From positions 1-27,802 of the forward strand of contig NW_021833466.1 of the NCBI RefSeq assembly GCF_006345805.1: a stretch of DNA of 27,802 nt, read 5' to 3'. The translations under genes were made by a program, and so were the position numbers. Below, in pieces: positions 1-11,382 of the stretch (its first letter is position 1; the number at the start of each line of letters is the position of its first letter). Source of the DNA: Octopus sinensis. Lineage: Eukaryota. Below the pieces are notes generated by a model. The model searched no databases, was not told the origin of the DNA, and saw nothing but the letters and a program-made list of their open reading frames with translations.

Positions 1-184
1 AGGTCATTCAGTTTTGTCTAAGCCCTGTAAGAGGACTCGGAAGGTTTGGCCTCCAGCCAGGCCCTTTCGCGACACTCTTAAAGCCAAGAACTTTTACAGC
101 GCCTCCTCGCATAATTCTAAACTCAATATTAATCAGTGTATACCAATCAGCCGAGCAAGCAAACAACAAAGCAAGGAAGCGATC

Positions 185-460
185 AAATAATCAATCAATC
201 AATCAATTAATAAATCAATCACTCAATCAATTAATCATTCACTCACTCAATTAATCATTCACTCACTCACTCACTCACACTCACTCACTTCACTCAATCA
301 ATTAATAAATCAATCACTCAATCAATTAATCATTCAATCACTCACTCAATCACTCACTCACTCAATCAATCAATCATCAATTAATAAATCAATCACTCAA
401 TCAATTAATCACTCAATCAATTAATCATTCACTCACTCACTCAATCAATCAATCAATCAA
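185..460. repeat. (TCAA)n/(TCAC)n compound microsatellite with recurring longer subunits
   Basis: Tandem TCAA/TCAC units; the block tcaattaataaatcaatcactcaatcaattaatc recurs three times. Confidence 0.9.
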
Positions 461-989
461 CCGACACAATAACCAAACAGCCAACTCGTCTACCTAACAA
501 TCAACTCAACAACCAAGCAATCAAGTCAACAATCAACCAATGAGCCCACCAACCTAGCAATCAGCCTACGATCCAAGCAAATTAACCCCCACCACCAAAT
601 AATCGGTCCACTCATCCAGCAAGCGTCTAATCAATATTACATTCAGTATTAATATCCTGGTTAATTAATGAAAAAAGGAGTTTTCCATACTTCTTCCTTT
701 TGTGTGGTGGTGGTGGTGGTGATGGTGGAAACGGTGGCGGTGGTAGCGTTTGTGAGGTTAGTGGATGTCGTAGTGGTAGTGATGGCGTGTTGTACCAAGT
801 TTCGCGGGCTGTCTCGACTGTGCCTGTATGAAGCCGTGGTTGCCGTCGCATTGGTAACTAGATGATAGCCACTACAACCACACACACACACACACCTATC
901 GAACACAATACAAAATATTCAATAAATGAATCACAGGTAACTGATATGATAGGATTGTGAGAAAATATCGAGATATATCGATTATTAAT

Positions 990-1009
990 GAATTTATATT
1001 ATATATATA

Positions 1010-1050
<41 letters not shown>

Positions 1051-1425
1051 CCACACAACACACACACACCACACACATATAATATATATTTATTAAAGTA
1101 GAAATTTCAAGTGAAATGAAGTGGAAATTTGTTGTGAATTGTTAATTGTATAGAAATATTTGGAGCTGAATAATTAAAGAAGATAATAAATACACACAGA
1201 CACAGACATATATAAATATAGATACACATATATGCACACATGCGTAATCATATATACACACACATACACACATATACACACTTACGCATACACTCACACA
1301 CATATATATATATGCCTACATGTATATATATATATATATATGTATGTATATGTATATAAATATATATATTTATATGTATAATATATATATGTATATTCAT
1401 ATATATATATATGTATATGTATATG

Positions 1426-1471
<46 letters not shown>

Positions 1472-1760
1472 CGCATATATATATACATATACATATTTAT
1501 ATACATTTACATGTATATATGTATATACATATATATACATGTATATATGCAAATATATGTATATACATATACATATTTATATACATATGCATGTATATAT
1601 TTATATGTACATACATATATATATATATGTATATGTATATCCATATGTGTATGTATATACATATATATACATACACAAACTTATACATATATATGTTCAT
1701 ATAAATATATACATATATATATATACATTTATATACATTTATACAGACTCACATATGCAT
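990..1760. repeat. Degenerate (TA)n/(CA)n/(TATG)n low-complexity tract
   Basis: Direct inspection; it produces the spurious YIYI-type ORFs. Confidence 0.9.
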
Positions 1761-1849
1761 ACGCAACAATCGCATGGGATGAGATGATGTGAAGAGGAAA
1801 ATCGATATTATATTAACTTTAAGAGTGACAGTAACACCGGTGACACCAA

Positions 1850-2050
1850 GAACAACTACAACAACAACAGCGCTAGCTGCCACGACAGCAACAATAGCAA
1901 CAATGAAAAGAAGAGTAAGATGTACAAGAGCAGTAACAACACCAACAACAATAACAACTACAAACACAATACTAACAACGATAACAAGGTTAACAATAAC
2001 AACAACAACAACAACAACAACAACAGCAATAGCTACAACAACAACAACTC
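1850..2050. repeat. Degenerate (AAC)n trinucleotide tract
   Basis: Interrupted AAC runs. Confidence 0.8.
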
Positions 2051-2162
2051 CCATGACAATGACCAGAAAAGTAGTTGAGATCGATGATATCGGCTAACTG
2101 ACTCACTTCAAAATTTGCCGGCCTTGTTCTTAAATTAAAAGCCATTATTATTAACTCATTCA

Positions 2163-2587
2163 AAGGCGGTGAGCTGGCAGAATCGTTAGCACGCTGGGCG
2201 AAATGCTTAGCGGTATTTCGTCTGCCGTTACGTTGTGAGTTCAAATTCCGCTGAGGTCGACTTTGCCTTTCATCCTTTCGGGGTCGATAAATTAAGTACC
2301 AGTTACGCACTGGGGGTCGATGTAATCGACTTAATACCTTTGTCTGTCCTTGTTTGTTCCCTCTGTGTTTAGCCCCTTGTGGGTTGTAAAGAAATAGGTA
2401 TTTCCTCTGCCGCTACGTTCTAAGTTCAAATTCCGCCCAGGTTAATTTTGCCTTTCATTCCTTTGAGTTGATAAAAATAAAAGATTAGTAATGTACTAGG
2501 GTTGATGGCATTGACTAGCTACCCCTCTTCAGAATAGCTTGCCTTTTGCCTAAATCAGAAACTTATTATTATTAATATTATTATCAT
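2163..2587 (+). mobile_element. tRNA-derived SINE, family D (head + body unit + second, more diverged body unit + (TTA)n tail)
   Basis: A-box-like GAGCTGGCAGAATCGTTAG and B-box-like GAGTTCAAATTCC. Central domain GAGGTCGACTTTGCCTTTCATCCTTTCGGGGTCGATAAA is shared with the copies at 13218-13447 and 17563-17985. A second body starts at about 2397. Confidence 0.9.
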
Positions 2588-3087
2588 TGAGTGAGAGAGC
2601 TGTGCATACCATCAAAGTGACACTGGGGTAAAATATACGAAGCCCAGTATACCCATCATGACTACCCGTCTGATAAGGGTATACTAGGCACATACATCAC
2701 AACCATATGTGCGCGATATGGTTATCTCATATCAAGATAAACAGCACATGACCTTGCAGGTGGGGCCCAGTTAGAATTTTCTTCTGGTTGAGCGACCCAT
2801 CCCGCTCAAAAGTTCCCTGAATAAGGATTGTTTAAGGATGTTGAACGAAACACCCATGTTTCCAGAGGTGAATTATTCTAACCCCAAAGAATCGATCTCA
2901 ACACATGGCTATGATGCTCCCCCACTACTTCTGCTCGTGATAGGAGATGCACATATCATCAGCCACTAAGGGACATGCTCAACTGGTTAAGGTCAAACAA
3001 CTGACAAGCAAATTTGTGGTATTGAGCAGAATATTTGCTGTAGTCCATCTTTTATACCAAGATAAAACAATGAACATGATAACACAT
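2586..3087 (-). mobile_element. 3' end of a non-LTR retroelement or SINE-like repeat ending in an (AAT)n tail
   Basis: The minus strand ends ...CAGCTCTCTCACTCAATGATAATAAT. It matches a high-copy octopus repeat as recalled from memory; the family is not confirmed. Confidence 0.6.
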
Positions 3088-3190
3088 ATATTGGTATTGC
3101 TTGATTGTCCTTTATTGGTAGTCTGATTATGCCAGGATAATCCTTAATGAAAGGCTTCTAGTTTTAGGAGGTTTATATATATATATATAT

Positions 3191-3250
3191 AGTTGAACTT
3201 TACAGACAACACAAAAGACGAAGATAGGTGTATAAACAATAAATATTGTA
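3191..3250 (-). mobile_element. Truncated end of PLE-associated family E, abutting (TA)n
   Basis: acaaaagacgaagataggtgtataaacaat resembles 5179-5225 and the reverse complement of 16290-16345. Confidence 0.6.
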
Positions 3251-3446
3251 TTGTCTTACAAAACTAATTCTCAAATTAAATTATGTTTAATACGTTAAAT
3301 CTCTTTATAAAATAATAATAAAGCATGCTAAATAAATAGATATCTATTTATTTAGTATGGTTTATTATTATTTTTATAATGGGATTTAACGTAGTACACA
3401 TGATTTAATTTGAGAATTAGTTTTGTAAGACAATACAATATTTATT
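3238..3446. repeat. About 210 bp near-perfect loopless palindrome
   Basis: Centre GAT|ATC at 3341/3342. The arms pair to 3238/3446 with one 1-nt indel and a few mismatches, e.g. 3244-3301 vs 3383-3440 has 3 mismatches in 58 bp. Confidence 0.95.
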
Positions 3447-3839
3447 ATTTAATACATTATTTAAAAATTAGGTGGTATATTTATTACGTAGTATTAAATG
3501 TAAGTAAATTAGTTTTATAACAATTGATATTTTGGTCAACTATATTATGGAGTGAAATAGTAAATCTATAGATAATACGAATATATTAATAATATAGTTA
3601 ATTTATCTAATGGAAGTGTGTATATTTGAACCATTTCCTATTTTTGGTTCCAGTATCTATGGCTTGTACTAGTATTGTGTATATTACTTAACATTAAGGT
3701 TTTTAGTATAAATTACTTAATGGGCATGATACTTTATTTGGTTGTTTATTAAATAAATAAATTAATTAATAATTTGATTTAATGTATATAGTTTAAATTG
3801 TAGTATTTAGTTTTCATTTAATGTATTTTTGTATCTTAT

Positions 3840-3884
<45 letters not shown>

Positions 3885-4025
3885 AATTTGTTTTAAATAT
3901 TTTAACTAATTGTATCTTATTTTTTAAACAAGAATATATTTGTTAAGATATTTCATATTTTACATGATTTTTTACGTATATTTATTAATTTATCTAATTA
4001 ATTATTTTATTATTGTTGTTATATT

Positions 4026-4126
4026 TAACCTGAAGAGTGGTTATATTTATAAGGAAGTGATTTTACTCCCACTACTATTATTTTTCTTTTATCATTTCTT
4101 AAATATAGCCACGAACACGTTCGTTA
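4026..4126 (+). ncRNA. Type I hammerhead-like motif with a very long stem II and one core deviation
   Basis: TAAC-CTGAAGA-GTGGTTATATTTA(4037-4049)...TAAATATAGCCAC(4100-4112)-GAAC-ACGT-TC-GTTA. Stem I is TAAC/GTTA; GAAC replaces GAAAC. Confidence 0.55.
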
Positions 4127-4339
4127 TTCTACCAAATATATACGTTTTATTTATTTTTTTGCACATAACTTAATCATCGTTATATGCTTTATCTTATATT
4201 TAATCTTTCTATAATATGTAATCTTAATATGTAATTTAAATTACTTCTATAATATGTAATTTAATTTTTCATTATTGAATTGATAAAAGGTGTTTTTTTC
4301 AAATTTATATATTTAATATATATATATATAATATATATG

Positions 4340-4415
<76 letters not shown>

Positions 4416-4600
4416 ATATATATTCATGTTTGATATTGTGATAAAATGGGAATGTTATTAAATTACTTTTGACCAATGAGAGCGTTTATTCATTATATTC
4501 TTCAATTTGTTTTTTGTTTTTGTCTCAGTCTTACCTGAGCACTTCCACCAGCAGTGCTATTTTTAATTTTTTCGCTTTTACTAAGTTATAAAATTACCTT

Positions 4601-4654
<54 letters not shown>

Positions 4655-5041
4655 TAAAATTTAGGAGAGAAGAGGAATTCAAACGTCGGTGTATATATTC
4701 ATTCAATCCATAGTTACGAAATTCTCCATGGTGTTCAATAGACATACATAGACATACATATGATATATAAGATATACACGAAAATTTATAAATGTATAAA
4801 AATTCATAGACATATTAAAATTTATAAACACATAAAAATTCATAAATATAAATATACAAAAATATAATTCCATAAATGTATCTGTGAAGTCCGAATGTTC
4901 GAATTTGATTCAATGAAGAGGAAGATAAAAAAGCGAATGTAAAATGATTCATAAGGAATCCTAAATATATATAAAACTTATGTATAAAATCTTACGGCCG
5001 TTTCGAAAAGATGTAAGTTGCTATCGTTGAGCTAACTCCAA

Positions 5042-5100
<59 letters not shown>

Positions 5101-5155
5101 ACACGCACACACACACACTCACACACACACACGCACACACACATACATATATATA

Positions 5156-5300
5156 GGGAGAATTCACAAAAAAAGAACAACAAAAGACGAAGACAGGTGG
5201 TATAGACAACAAACAGATGTATTAGTATAACGCTCGGGAAGTGAAAAAGTCTTTAACGTTTCGAGCCTACGCTCTTCCACAGAAAGGAACACAGAACACA
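5156..5300 (-). mobile_element. Short PLE-associated non-autonomous element, family E
   Basis: Homologous to 16222-16361 in the opposite orientation; carries an HHR-like motif and abuts (TA)n. Confidence 0.75.
5251..5286 (-). ncRNA. Minimal type I hammerhead-like motif with variant core CUGUGGA
   Basis: Minus strand CTTT-CTGTGGA-A-GAGC-GTAG-GCTC-GAAAC-GTT-AAAG: 4-bp stem I, 4-bp stem II, palindromic AACGTT. Confidence 0.6.
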
Positions 5301-5346
5301 AGGAGAGAAAATAATGTGTAGTGGCTAGCGATCTATCATGGCGAAT

Positions 5347-5388
<42 letters not shown>

Positions 5389-5446
5389 CATACTTACACA
5401 CACACATATCTATATGTATGTATGCATGTATGTATGAGTGTGTGTA

Positions 5447-5482
<36 letters not shown>

Positions 5483-5991
5483 CGCGAGAGACAGCGCGCG
5501 GGAGAGAATAATATAACACGGGAATCAAGTTTATCAGGCTTTAATAGATCACAACATTTGTTTCTATATCACACACCAGCTTTAAGTTACAGAGTTTACA
5601 TTCATATACCGTTATACAAGATTATTCTTTATAATTAAGCATCATGGAGGCATCGACGACAAATTGAATATTTTTTTTCAGCAACAGCCGCGTGTGGACG
5701 CCTCACTGGATGGAATACATTTGATTCCTGTTGTATTTTCTTTGAATTCTCTGAGTACACGATGTACACTACTTTCCCCCCAATCAAATTATCAGATTGC
5801 GGGGGACGCAAGCATAAACAGAGGAACAATATTACAATGATAGCATTAACAACAATAACAATAACAGAGTCAAGTCGACCTTCATGGTTTTTATAGTATT
5901 GAGAAAAAAAGAAAAAAATAATTACAAAAATAATCTTATTTGAGTGATAGTTAAATAAAAAATAAAAAATAAAAATGGAAACAATATCTCT

Positions 5992-5992
5992 T

Positions 5993-6062
<70 letters not shown>

Positions 6063-6121
6063 CATCTGTTTGTCTGTCTGTCTGTCTGTCTGCCTGTCTG
6101 TCTGCCTGCCCGTCTGTCTGC

Positions 6122-6215
<94 letters not shown>
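5992..6215. repeat. (TCTA)n-(TCTG)n-(TCTA)n compound microsatellite
   Basis: Direct inspection. Confidence 0.95.
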
Positions 6216-6216
<1 letters not shown>

Positions 6217-6331
6217 ATGTGCGTGCATATAGTGTTAGAAGGCTATTACAATACACTTGGAAGATTAAATATGAATGAGAACAAAACAAATATATTGAAT
6301 TTTTATTTCAATATTTAATAGCAGAAAAAAC

Positions 6332-6332
<1 letters not shown>

Positions 6333-6410
<78 letters not shown>
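6333..6410. repeat. (GA)n microsatellite
   Basis: Direct inspection. Confidence 0.95.
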
Positions 6411-6415
<5 letters not shown>

Positions 6416-6689
6416 GAAATATCTGTATGTTGGCGTGTAGAATTTGCATGAGGTAAATCCGAAAGATCATGAATGTTGAAATGTAGAAAGTGGGGTTTTA
6501 TATTATGTTCCATGGGCTATCCCTGTCAGAAGGCTGCTACGAAGAGTTGGAACGAGGAATTGGAAGTCAGATATTGTAAGGCAAGGTGGGTTGTTGAAAT
6601 CACGTTAATAGCTACTGGGTTTCATTTAATTATGGGTGCGTGTTAATGACTGGTTTCTGTTTTGTTTTTTTTTATTATCAGGATGGTTT

Positions 6690-6905
6690 CTTTGAACTGC
6701 AAGTTGCCGGTACATCGGTCTATGACTTTGATGGCGATCGCCATTCCTTGATCCTGTTATTTTCTTTAATTATAAATGTTTTTTTTTTTTGTATAATAAC
6801 GCGCGTGTGATGTTCTTTGATTCGTATGTGTAAAAGCAGAATGCTCTCGTCGCTGTAATAATAATACTCGATGCATTTGGAACACTTGGATGTGGTACAG
6901 AACGT
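6690..6905 (-). pseudogene. Possible highly decayed PLE GIY-YIG remnant
   Basis: Minus frames give CSKCIEYYYYSDESILLLHIRIKEHH, then across frameshifts RIKE/AIAIK/HRPM, resembling the C..C..YIGES...L..RI.EH and IKEAI.IK..P.N patterns. Weak. Confidence 0.3.
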
Positions 6906-6923
6906 AAGTTCACTAACACAGAC

Positions 6924-7087
6924 AGGCGCAGGTGGGGCTGTGTGGTAAGTAGTTTGCTTACAAACCACATGGTTCCGGGTTCAGTCCCACTGCGTGGCAC
7001 CTTGGGCAAGTGTTTTCTGCTATAGCCTCGGGCCAACCAAAGCCTTGTGAGTGGATTTGGTAGACGGAAACTGAAAGAAACCCGTCG

Positions 7088-7138
<51 letters not shown>

Positions 7139-7163
7139 TATGTAATAAATGTATATATATATG

Positions 7164-7242
<79 letters not shown>

Positions 7243-7426
7243 TTGTGTTTGTCCCCCCAACATCGCTTGATAACCGATGCTGGTGTGTTTACGTCCCCGT
7301 AACTTAGCGTTTCGGCAAAAGAAACCGATAGAATAAGTACTATGCTTACAAAGAATAAGTCCTGGCGTCGATTTGCTCGACTAAAGGCGGTGCTCCAGCA
7401 TGGCCACATTCAAATGACTGAAACAG
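6924..7426 (+). mobile_element. tRNA-derived SINE, family B (CORE-like domain, internal (TA)n(TG)n)
   Basis: Head GGCTGTGTGGTAAG...GGGTTCAGTCCC, ACCTTGGGCAAGTG domain, internal microsatellite at about 7089-7246, tail CCAGCATGGCCACATTCAAATGACTGAAAC. A second copy lies at 27662-27802. Confidence 0.9.
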
Positions 7427-7852
7427 TCGTTGATATAGACTGAACAATTGCCAGCACAACTGCCATCGTGCTTATGCTCCTGTCGTCGAGGGTCCATTTC
7501 TTTGGCAGGTTATTTCCTTAGAGAGAGTTGTAGGTGGGCCAACTGTACGCCCAACCCAGCGTTTCCCAACGTTCTATACCAATGGAAACTTAGAAATCCA
7601 TTCAATATTTCAGAAAACTACATAAAAATTTATTTCGTTTTTTGATTTGGTTTGCAAGATTCTTTATGCGAGTTCGTGTGTTGAAGCATATTCTGTTGTG
7701 TCATTCTCTTTTGGTGCCTTATAATTTAACGCACTCACCGGTAAAATTTCCACTTTTCTTTTTCTTTTTCAAAAATTTTCGTTGCGTCTTGCAACCTTTT
7801 CAATAGTTTTGACATAAAAATTATTACATATCTTTATAACTATTTTATTTCT

Positions 7853-8029
7853 ATATTATTTACATTATTTACATTCGTCGGATATTTGTCCTCATCTTGT
7901 TTGTTGTTAACACAAAGTTTCGGCTGATATACCCTCCAGCCTTCATCAGGTGTCTTGGGGAAATTTCAAACCTGGGTTCTCATTCCTAAGGTATTTTTCG
8001 ATGTTATTATTATTATTATTATATTATTA

Positions 8030-8083
<54 letters not shown>
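7853..8083 (-). mobile_element. HHR-bearing PLE-derived element, family F, with (TTA)n, no tRNA head
   Basis: The reverse complement of 7853-8005 aligns with 8508-8650 over about 140 bp. Confidence 0.85.
7909..7954 (-). ncRNA. Type I hammerhead motif (family F), cleavage triplet mutated to UUU
   Basis: Minus strand GACAC-CTGATGA-A-GGCTG-GAGGGTATAT-CAGCC-GAAAC-TTT-GTGTT. Confidence 0.7.
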
Positions 8084-8085
<2 letters not shown>

Positions 8086-8336
8086 TATGTTTGACTTTTG
8101 CTTTATGTCTGTACAAGTTGGCTCCAAGACTCACCCAGAGACCTCAAGAGACAACAGGTTGGAAGTTCACGTTGTTGTTATGCCTAGTGTGCCATATATT
8201 TGGTTTTTTTTTTGGTGTTGTACTAGTGAATGTCTAATACATAAATTAAAAAAAAAAAGTTTGTTTTAAACCTTGGGATTACATAGAGAGTATTTTGCGT
8301 AGGATATGAGCAGTTCCCATGAGCACTATCTTTTGA

Positions 8337-8374
<38 letters not shown>

Positions 8375-8382
8375 TACTACTA

Positions 8383-8451
8383 TGGCGTAGTGGTTAAGAG
8401 CGCGGGTTAATAACCCCAAGATTCCGAGTTCGATTCCAAGCAGTGACCTGA

Positions 8452-8511
<60 letters not shown>

Positions 8512-8709
8512 TCGAAAAATACCTTAGGAATGAGAACCCAGGTCCGAAATTTCCCCAAGACACCTGATGAAGGCTGGAGGGTATATCAGCCGAAACATTG
8601 TGTTAACAACAAACAAGATGAAGACAAGTATCTGTCAAATGTAATTAATGTAAATAATGTAAATAATGTGAATATTGTACATAATTCCTCATCTCTTAAA
8701 TATAGAACT
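8383..8709 (+). mobile_element. Composite element: tRNA-like head + (AAT)n + family F HHR body
   Basis: A box TGGCGTAGTGG (8383), B box GAGTTCGATTCC (8426-8437), (AAT)n 8456-8509, body 8508-8709. Confidence 0.8.
8559..8604 (+). ncRNA. Type I hammerhead motif (family F), triplet AUU
   Basis: GACAC-CTGATGA-A-GGCTG-GAGGGTATAT-CAGCC-GAAAC-ATT-GTGTT; 5-bp stems I and II. Confidence 0.75.
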
Positions 8710-9409
8710 GTATTTTATTTCTCTTTGATAAACTCAAACTTCATAAAGGGGTGAAAAAATATTAAAGCTGCTTGTACTAAACCAATAAGGTACTAATAAC
8801 AAAATCTCGTCTTTACCATAATTTTGTTTAGAACAACTTTCCTTAAAGTTTCCTAATTAAGAAGTCACATCATTGTTATCAATAGATGTGATTACGGTTT
8901 CGGGTCCCGGTTGTGAAAAGCTGAGATATGTATGTGTATATGTGTATGTCTATAGACTATAAAGTACACACACGCACACACAGGCATGCACAGGCACGCA
9001 TACACACATATAGCAGACTATATATATTATATTCGCTAGGAATAACCAAACTTAAACACGCACCATTTGTTTAATATAGGTAAACTAAATAAAGAGAAGT
9101 GGCACAGATTAATATAGAGATATTGGATGGAGGACCAGTTCTTTGAAGTGAGGAACAGAAATGAAAGAATGAAAAGATAAAAATGGTCTCGAAACACTGA
9201 TAAAGAAAGTTTTATCCAGAGAGCAATATTACAAAACAGCTCGTGTCTCCATTATTTCGTCTGGACAGTTTCCCGGAAAAGGAAAAAAGAAACCATACTG
9301 AGATCTTATGGCTTCGAATTGAATGTCTCTGAATCTGTGAGAGTTTTTAATATCATATCAATGGGCGGTGGGGTTGCGTTGGCGTTGGTGTTGGTTCTAT
9401 CACTTGAAT

Positions 9410-10032
9410 CGTGTGTGTGTGTGTGCATGCTTTAAATTGTGTGTGTGCGTGTGTGAGTGCGGCGTGCGGCTGTGTGTTTAAATACACAAACATACATGAA
9501 AGAATGCATACATAGAAACATACAAACAAAGACACACACTTGCATGCATACGTACATACATACTCACATTCATACATACATACATACATGCATGCATACA
9601 CACACACACACAAGTCTGAATGAGCAGGTACTCGGAGTTACTGTAATGTAGATATACAGCATACATGAATTTGTCTGTCTGCATGTATGTATGTATGTAT
9701 TTATGTATGTATGTATGCATGTATGTATGTATGAATGTATGTATGTATGTATGTATGTATGTATGTATGTATGTATGTATGTGTGTATGTATGTCTGTAT
9801 GCATGCATGTATGTATGTATTTATGTATGTATGTATGTATGTATGTATGTATGTATGTATGTATGTGTGTATGTATGTAGGTACGTACGTATGTATTTAT
9901 GTATTTATTATAAGACATATTGTAATACACTGCCCCCGCCACTCACAAACACACATATATAAAGTATATATATAATATATAGTTATATATTGGTGGTGTG
10001 GGTGAAAAATATTATATTTTTTATATATATAT

Positions 10033-10077
<45 letters not shown>

Positions 10078-10745
10078 TATATAATATATATATATATATA
10101 TATAATGTATGTATATATATATATGTATATATATATATATTATATAATATATTCATACATAAAAATCACGCACTTTGACATATATATATATAAATACATA
10201 GGTATGTATGTATGCATAGAGATTCTCATACACGCGCGCACACACACACACACACGCACACACACGCACACACACGCACGCACACACACGCACACAACAC
10301 ACACGCACACACACCCTCACACAATAGATAAACATTATGGTTTGATGGTTTCGTTTATCTAACCGCTTTGAAGTTTACAGATGTTGTAATTGGTTAAGTT
10401 CCGTGTCAATGTGTGCATATTTTATGGGTTTCTATGACTTTGTGTATCATGTGTACCGAAATGAGAGTAAGGCCTTGTGCAGGTATGTAGTTATGTATGT
10501 ATGTATGTACGTATGTACGTATGTATGTATGTATGTATGTATGTATGTATGTATGTATGTATGTATGTATGCATGTATGTATGTGTGTGCGTATGTATGT
10601 ATGTATGTATGTATGTATGTATGTATGTATGTATGTATTTATGTATGTATGAATGTATGTAGGTACGTGCGTATTACGTATTTGTGTATTTATTATAAGA
10701 CCATATTGTAAATACACTCCCCCACCACCAACGCCATTATAGCAA

Positions 10746-10788
<43 letters not shown>

Positions 10789-11380
10789 TATATATATTAT
10801 ATATATATATAGATATACATATATATACGGGTGTGGTGTTGAAAAATATGTATATATGTGTGTGTGTGTAGACTCATATGAATACCATATATATGTATAT
10901 ATGTGTTTATATATATGTACATTTGTGTTATATATGTACGTACGTACGTTATGTATGTAGTATGTATGTATGTATGTCTGTATGTATGTATGTCTGTATG
11001 TATGCATGTATGTATGTATGTATGTATGTATGTATGTATGTATGCATGTATGTCTGTTTGTACGTACGTATGTATGTATTTGCGAATGTATGCATGCTTG
11101 TATGAATGTATGTAAGTATGTATGTGCGTATGAATGCGTGTATGTATGTATATATGTATGTGTGTGTATGTATGTGTGTATGTATGTATATATGTTTGTA
11201 CGTATGTATGTATGTCCGTATGTATGTATGTCTATATGTATGCATGTATGTGTGTTTGTATGTATATATGTTTGTATGTATGTGTGTGTGTATGTGAATA
11301 TGTATGTATGTGTGTGTATGTGTATATGTTTGTACGTGTATATGTATGTGTGTGTATGTGAATGTATATATCCGGACAAT
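9410..11380. repeat. Cluster of (CA)n, (TACA)n/(TATG)n and (TA)n microsatellites
   Basis: Direct inspection; source of the MYVCMYVC ORFs. Confidence 0.9.
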
Positions 11381-11382
11381 GT

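Noticed and set aside
661-870. Thr-rich minus-strand frame ending EEVWKTPFFIN after a possible acceptor
   Set aside because: Built on (ACC)n-like repeats; no recognisable homology.
1788-2078. Asn-rich open frame on the plus strand
   Set aside because: Explained by a degenerate (AAC)n tract; no good splice acceptor or start.
4993-5031. Minus-strand GAAAC-GGCC-GTA resembling an HHR stem III
   Set aside because: The upstream core is CTCAACGA and no stem II or stem I can be formed.
5638-5896. Open frame containing ACGRLTGWNTFDSCCIFFEFSEY after a good acceptor
   Set aside because: Two plus-strand frames are open, there is no donor, and no family was recognised; needs BLASTX or RNA-seq.
6731-6744. 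14-bp perfect palindrome ATGGCGATCGCCAT
   Set aside because: An isolated short palindrome with no supporting context; plausibly chance.
7445-7622. Frame ending YTNGNLEIHSIFQKTT, vaguely like a PLE RT thumb
   Set aside because: Too short and too weak to support.
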